Origin: Scenedesmus sp. PABB004
Taxonomy: Eukaryota
Direction: 5' to 3'
Length of the DNA: 53,295 nucleotides
Assembly: GCA_014905635.1 (NCBI GenBank)
Contig: JABVCE010000053.1
Span: 1-53,295, forward strand
The position numbers and the translations under genes were made by a program. Below are positions 44,483 through 53,295 of the stretch, in pieces; positions within the stretch are counted from its first letter, which is position 1; the number at the start of each line of letters is the position of its first letter. A model generated the notes under the pieces. The model was not told the DNA's origin, ran no database searches, and worked only from the letters and a program-made list of their open reading frames with translations.

Positions 44483-44970
44483 GCGCGCGGCGCGCGGCCC
44501 GCCCGGCGGCGCGTGATCCGGGCGCGCGGCGCGCGCCGTGGTGAGCGGCGGCGGCGGTGCGGCGGTGCGTGCGAGCGGCAGTGCGTCTGTGAGTGGTCGC
44601 GCGTGGGGCGGGGGGTTTCAGTCTTCACACACCTGCATCCGGCATCGATCGTGGGGCCCGGCCGGCGCCAGCCCACACCCACCACAATAAGCGTCAGCGG
44701 CTGGCCTTTGCGACGACGGCTTGACGATCGCTTTGCAGGGCGCGCGCCCCTGAGCTGCTCGCGGCGGGCGCCGGGGCGTCGCGGCATGGTTGGCGGCGCG
44801 GGCGCCCTCTCCCCTGTCTCGTCTGCTGCTGCTCGCCGTCAACGCCCAAACAGCCCTGTTAAACGAATTCGTGCGCTCGCGCGACCGCCGCGCCCGCCCG
44901 CGCCCTCTCGCCGCGCCGCGCCGCGTGCGGCCGCCGCGCGCCGCGCGGCGCCCCTCGGGGCGCGGCTCGC

Positions 44971-50004
<5,034 letters not shown>

Positions 50005-50498
50005 GCTGATACGACTGCTGATCTGACGCCGTGGGCGCGCGCCGTGTCGTGCAGAGTCGCGCCGCGGCGTCCGCATGCGCGCCGGCAGCGGCGCCGCGCC
50101 GCTGCTCGCACCTGGCCGCTGCGCGCGGGGACGGCTAGCCGGCACGCCGCGCCGCCTGTCGTCGTCGCAGAAGGCCGCAGACGCATCACGCCCGGCGCAG
50201 GCGCCCCACGCAGCAGCATGGACGCGGGCGCGACGTGAGAGCGGTTGCTGCTGCCCCCAGGCGCCCGACCGATGCTGCGCCCGGGCACCCGCGTCGTGGG
50301 CTCCAAGTGCGTCACGCCTGCGTGAGCGTGCGCCTGCGCGCTGCTGCTGCTCTGCTGGTGCTCGCCGCCGGTCGCGCGCTGTTGTGCGTGTGTGCCGCCG
50401 GGCGGTCGTGCGTGCGGCGCTTGCTGCGTGTGTGTGCGTGTGCGCGTGTTTGGCTGGCCTGCCGCATGCATGCGGCATGCACATGCACCGCGTCATCG

Positions 50499-50503
50499 TT
50501 ACA
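50499..50503 (-). terminator. TGTAA polyadenylation signal of RPS25 (putative)
   Basis: ttaca on the plus strand, about 157 bp past the RPS25 stop. Confidence 0.65.
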
Positions 50504-50659
50504 TGCGACCCAAGCCCCCGCGCGCGGCGCCGCCCGCTGCGCCTGCAGCGGCACGCCGCCGCGCCGCCGCCGCGCCGCGCGGGGCGCCGGTCGGGCCCGC
50601 GCCCGGGCCGGCGCGCCCGGGCCGGCGCGCCCGCCGGCGCGCGCGCCGTCGCTGTGCCC

Positions 50660-52012
50660 CTACTGGCCCACGGCGCGGGTGTAGATCTTCTGGCTGCCGT
50701 GCTCCGCGATGGGCTTGATGAGCCCCTTCTCGAGCAGCTCCCGGATCGCGGCGCGCGCGAGGGAGCCGTTGAGGCGCAGGCGGTCGCTGAGGATGGAGGC
50801 GGTGATCATCTTGTACTTGGGCACCTCGGCGTGGAGCTTGTCGTAGGTCGCCTGGTCAAAGAGGACCAGGTTGTTGACCTTCTCCTTCATCTTGCCCTTG
50901 CTCCACTTCTTCTTCTTGCCCTGGGGGGGGGGGGGGGGGGGGGGAGGGATGGGAGCGGATGGGAGCGGATGGGGCGGGCGGGCACGGGGTCAGGGGGGGG
51001 GGGGCAGGGGGCGCCGCGCGGAGGCGAGGGCGGCGCGCGCGCGCGCGCGCGAGACGGCCGCCGCCGCCGCGGCCGCTGATGCTGCCGCTGCCGTGCGCGG
51101 CTGCCCCGTGTCGCCGCCGCCGCTGCCGTCGCTGCCACGCGCAGCTGCCGCTGCCGGCACCGCGGTCGGACGCCGCCGCTGCCGCCGCTGTCGCTCCCGC
51201 CGCTGCCGCGCCGCTGCCGCCACCGCGGTCGGACGCCGCCGCCGCTGGTGGTCGCAGCGCAGGCGCTCACGCCAGGCGCTCCCGCTGCCCGCCGTGCTCG
51301 CGACCGCTGCCCCCGCCGCTGCCGCTGTCGTCGCTGGCGCTGCCCGCCGCTGCCGCTGCCCGCCAACGCCGCGGCCGCCGCCGCCGGCGAGGCTCGCCCG
51401 CCGCCGCTCGCTGCGCCGGCTGCGCAAGGCAAGCCGGCCGTGCGCCCCTGATCTACACACACAGCCTCCACGCACCTTGCTGGAGTTGGCGGCCGCGAGG
51501 GCCTTCGCCTCCTTGCTCTGCGGGGGCGCAGCAGCGGCGGCGGTGGCCGCGTGAGCGGCGCCGGCGCGGGCGCAGCAGGAAGCCGCATGCGGCCGCCGGG
51601 CGCGTGCCCGCGGCCCTCACGACGCTGCCCCGCCAACGCGGCCGCCCGGCGGTCCCCCGGGCCCGCCGCGCGCCGAGGGCGGGTGGCTGCGGCCATCGCG
51701 GCGCTGGTGCGCCCCCGCCAGGCCGCTGCCGGGTGCGCGCTGCGGCCGGGGACGGCTGATCCGGGCGCTGCGTCCCAGGGCGCGCCCCGCCAGGCCGCCG
51801 CCGGCGCTCGGCTGAGACCGGGCGCCGGGGGCCCTCGATGCGCCGCGCCCGCCGCTGCTGCGCGCCGGGCGGCTGCCCGGACGAGCCGGCCTGGCACTGC
51901 CCGGCCACCGCCGGGCTCCGGGGGCCCACGCCGCGCCCTGCTGCCGCCCGGCCGCCAGGCGCCCGCCCCCGCCCCGACGGCGCGGGCGCACCTTCTGCTC
52001 CTTGGGCGCCAT
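50660..52012 (-). CDS. RPS25: 40S ribosomal protein S25 (eS25), 3 exons
   Basis: Exons 52012-51992 MAPKEQK, 51517-51476 [14 protein letters not shown], 50920-50660 [29 protein letters not shown]...[19 protein letters not shown]...QKIYTRA. All introns GT-AG, phase 0. Confidence 0.98.
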
Positions 52013-52027
52013 CTTGACTGGATGTTC

Positions 52028-52038
52028 GGAAAAAGAGG
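52028..52038 (-). promoter_or_regulatory. 5' oligopyrimidine (TOP-like) tract / initiator of RPS25
   Basis: cctctttttcc on the minus strand 15 nt upstream of the ATG, typical of ribosomal protein gene starts. Confidence 0.6.
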
Positions 52039-52676
52039 CCGGTCGCCGGCGAGGCGGGCCGCCAAATCGCTGCTGCAGCAGCGGCCGGGGCGCAAGGGCG
52101 CAAGGCGCAGGCGCGCGCGCCCGCGGCCGCCCAGGCGCCCGTCAGCGGTCGCAGCATACCGCGCGAGCGCCCGCAGCACCGCCGCCACGGGCGGCGGCGC
52201 GCGGCGCCCTCGGCGCGCACGGTCGCGCCGTCGCGGGCGCGCAGCGGGCGGGCCAGCGAGGCCCCCACCCGAGACGCAGGCACCGCCGCGCCGGCCAGCG
52301 GCGTGCCGCACGCCGCCGCCGTCGGGGCGCCAGGCTGGGCTCGGCCCGCGGCTGGGCGCGCGCCCAGCCCGTGGGGGGGCGGAGCTGCGTGCGGCGGCCG
52401 CCGCCGGCAGTCCGTCGCCGCAAGCACTCGCTGCCGAGCAGGAGCTCGTCGTGCCGTGCCGGGGGCGGGCCGCGCTGGCGCGCGGGCCGGGGCTGCCGGG
52501 TGTGCCCCGCGGCGCCGCCGGCGGCGGCAGCTTCTGCAGCACAGCCGGCCGCCCACGTGCGCGGCGGCCGGGGCGCGCCGCCGCGCGAACCCTCGACTCA
52601 ACCCTCGCCCCGCCGCCGCGCACATCGGCCCCGCGCGCCGCCCCTGCGCCCTCCCAGTCTCGCCTGAGCGCCCGAC

Positions 52677-53295
52677 ATGCCCGACATCGAGTCAGCGGGC
52701 CCCGGGGCCCGCGGGGAGGCCCCCGGCGGCCTGCGGGGCTGGCTGTTCGGCGGCGACAGCAGCAGGCGGCCCGCTGCGCCCACCCAGCCCGATGGCCGCG
52801 CGTTCAACCCCTACTCGCGCTTCAGCGCCGTGCCGGAGGAGCAGTGAGCACCGCCCCGCGCGGCGCCGGGCACGGGGGGCGCGGCGGGGCGGCCCCGCCG
52901 CGCCTGCTGCTCCGGCGGCGCCAGCGGGCGCTGCGTCGGCAGCAGCCGCGGGTCCGCAGCACGATCGCGGCCTCCTGCCCACGCCGGCCGCCCGCCCGCG
53001 TACGCGCGCGCGCAGCCGCACGCGTCGCCCGCGCCGTCGGGCTCAGCCGGCGGCGCCGCGCAGCGACGACGGCGGCACATCCTACAGCGCGGGCAGCGGG
53101 GGCGGCGCGCTCGCGCGCAAGGCCCCGCTGCCCGGCCTGCGCCAGGGCAGCGCGGGCGAGCTGCACCACGGCAGCGCGGGCGTCGCCGCGGCGTCGACGG
53201 CCACCACGACCAGCAGCAAGCTGAGCGCGCAGACCGGCGCCGCGCGGGCGCTGGGTGACGTCGTCATCGGCCGCGCCTCGACCGCGGTCAAGGTC
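52677..53295 (+). CDS. 5' part of an unidentified protein-coding gene (3'-partial)
   Basis: MPDIESAGPG...RAFNPYSRFSAVPEE, GTGAG donor at ~52844, acceptor ~53063, then an in-frame exon (DDGGTSYS...LGDVVIGRASTAVKV) open to the window end. Divergent from RPS25. Confidence 0.6.

Noticed and set aside
50921..51991. Intronic snoRNA in RPS25 introns
   Set aside because: No convincing box C (RTGATGA)/D pair or H/ACA structure on the sense strand; only low-complexity GCC/GCT runs and a 22-bp direct repeat (~51158 and ~51221).

Overview
Gene-dense, intron-rich eukaryotic nuclear DNA of very high GC (roughly 75-80% by eye). It has TGTAA poly(A) signals and TTTAGGG-type motifs, which best fits a chlorophycean green alga (Sphaeropleales-like; inference). 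Most long six-frame ORFs are GC-driven artefacts, so genes were rebuilt by hand from exons. In order: a 5'-partial, frameshifted TKL-type protein kinase (+); a truncated RUVBL2 (-); an F-box/LRR protein (-); bifunctional BIO3-BIO1 (-) divergent from an RCC2-like RCC1-repeat gene (+); a large secreted Cys-rich/helical protein of unknown function (+); a bZIP factor (-) divergent from an MMD1/MS1-like PHD protein (+); a TM/coiled-coil protein (+); an NRT2 nitrate transporter (+); a DUF506 protein (+); a TSPO (+); a tandem two-domain ArsA/GET3 (-); RPS25 (-); and the start of an unknown gene (+). Most notable observations: (1) the whole NRT2 gene is enclosed by near-identical ~510-bp inverted repeats (33065-33574 and 37295-37805), forming a 4.7-kb possibly invertible or mobilised cassette, and this NRT2 has an altered second nitrate-signature motif; (2) TSPO is fused to LEA-like 11-mer repeats; (3) at least 16 GC-AG introns all follow one rule (phase 0, exon ending in AG); (4) a perfect 23-bp hairpin with an alternative pairing partner lies downstream of the F-box gene. 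The left ~8 kb shows signs of assembly indels and a possible chimeric junction.
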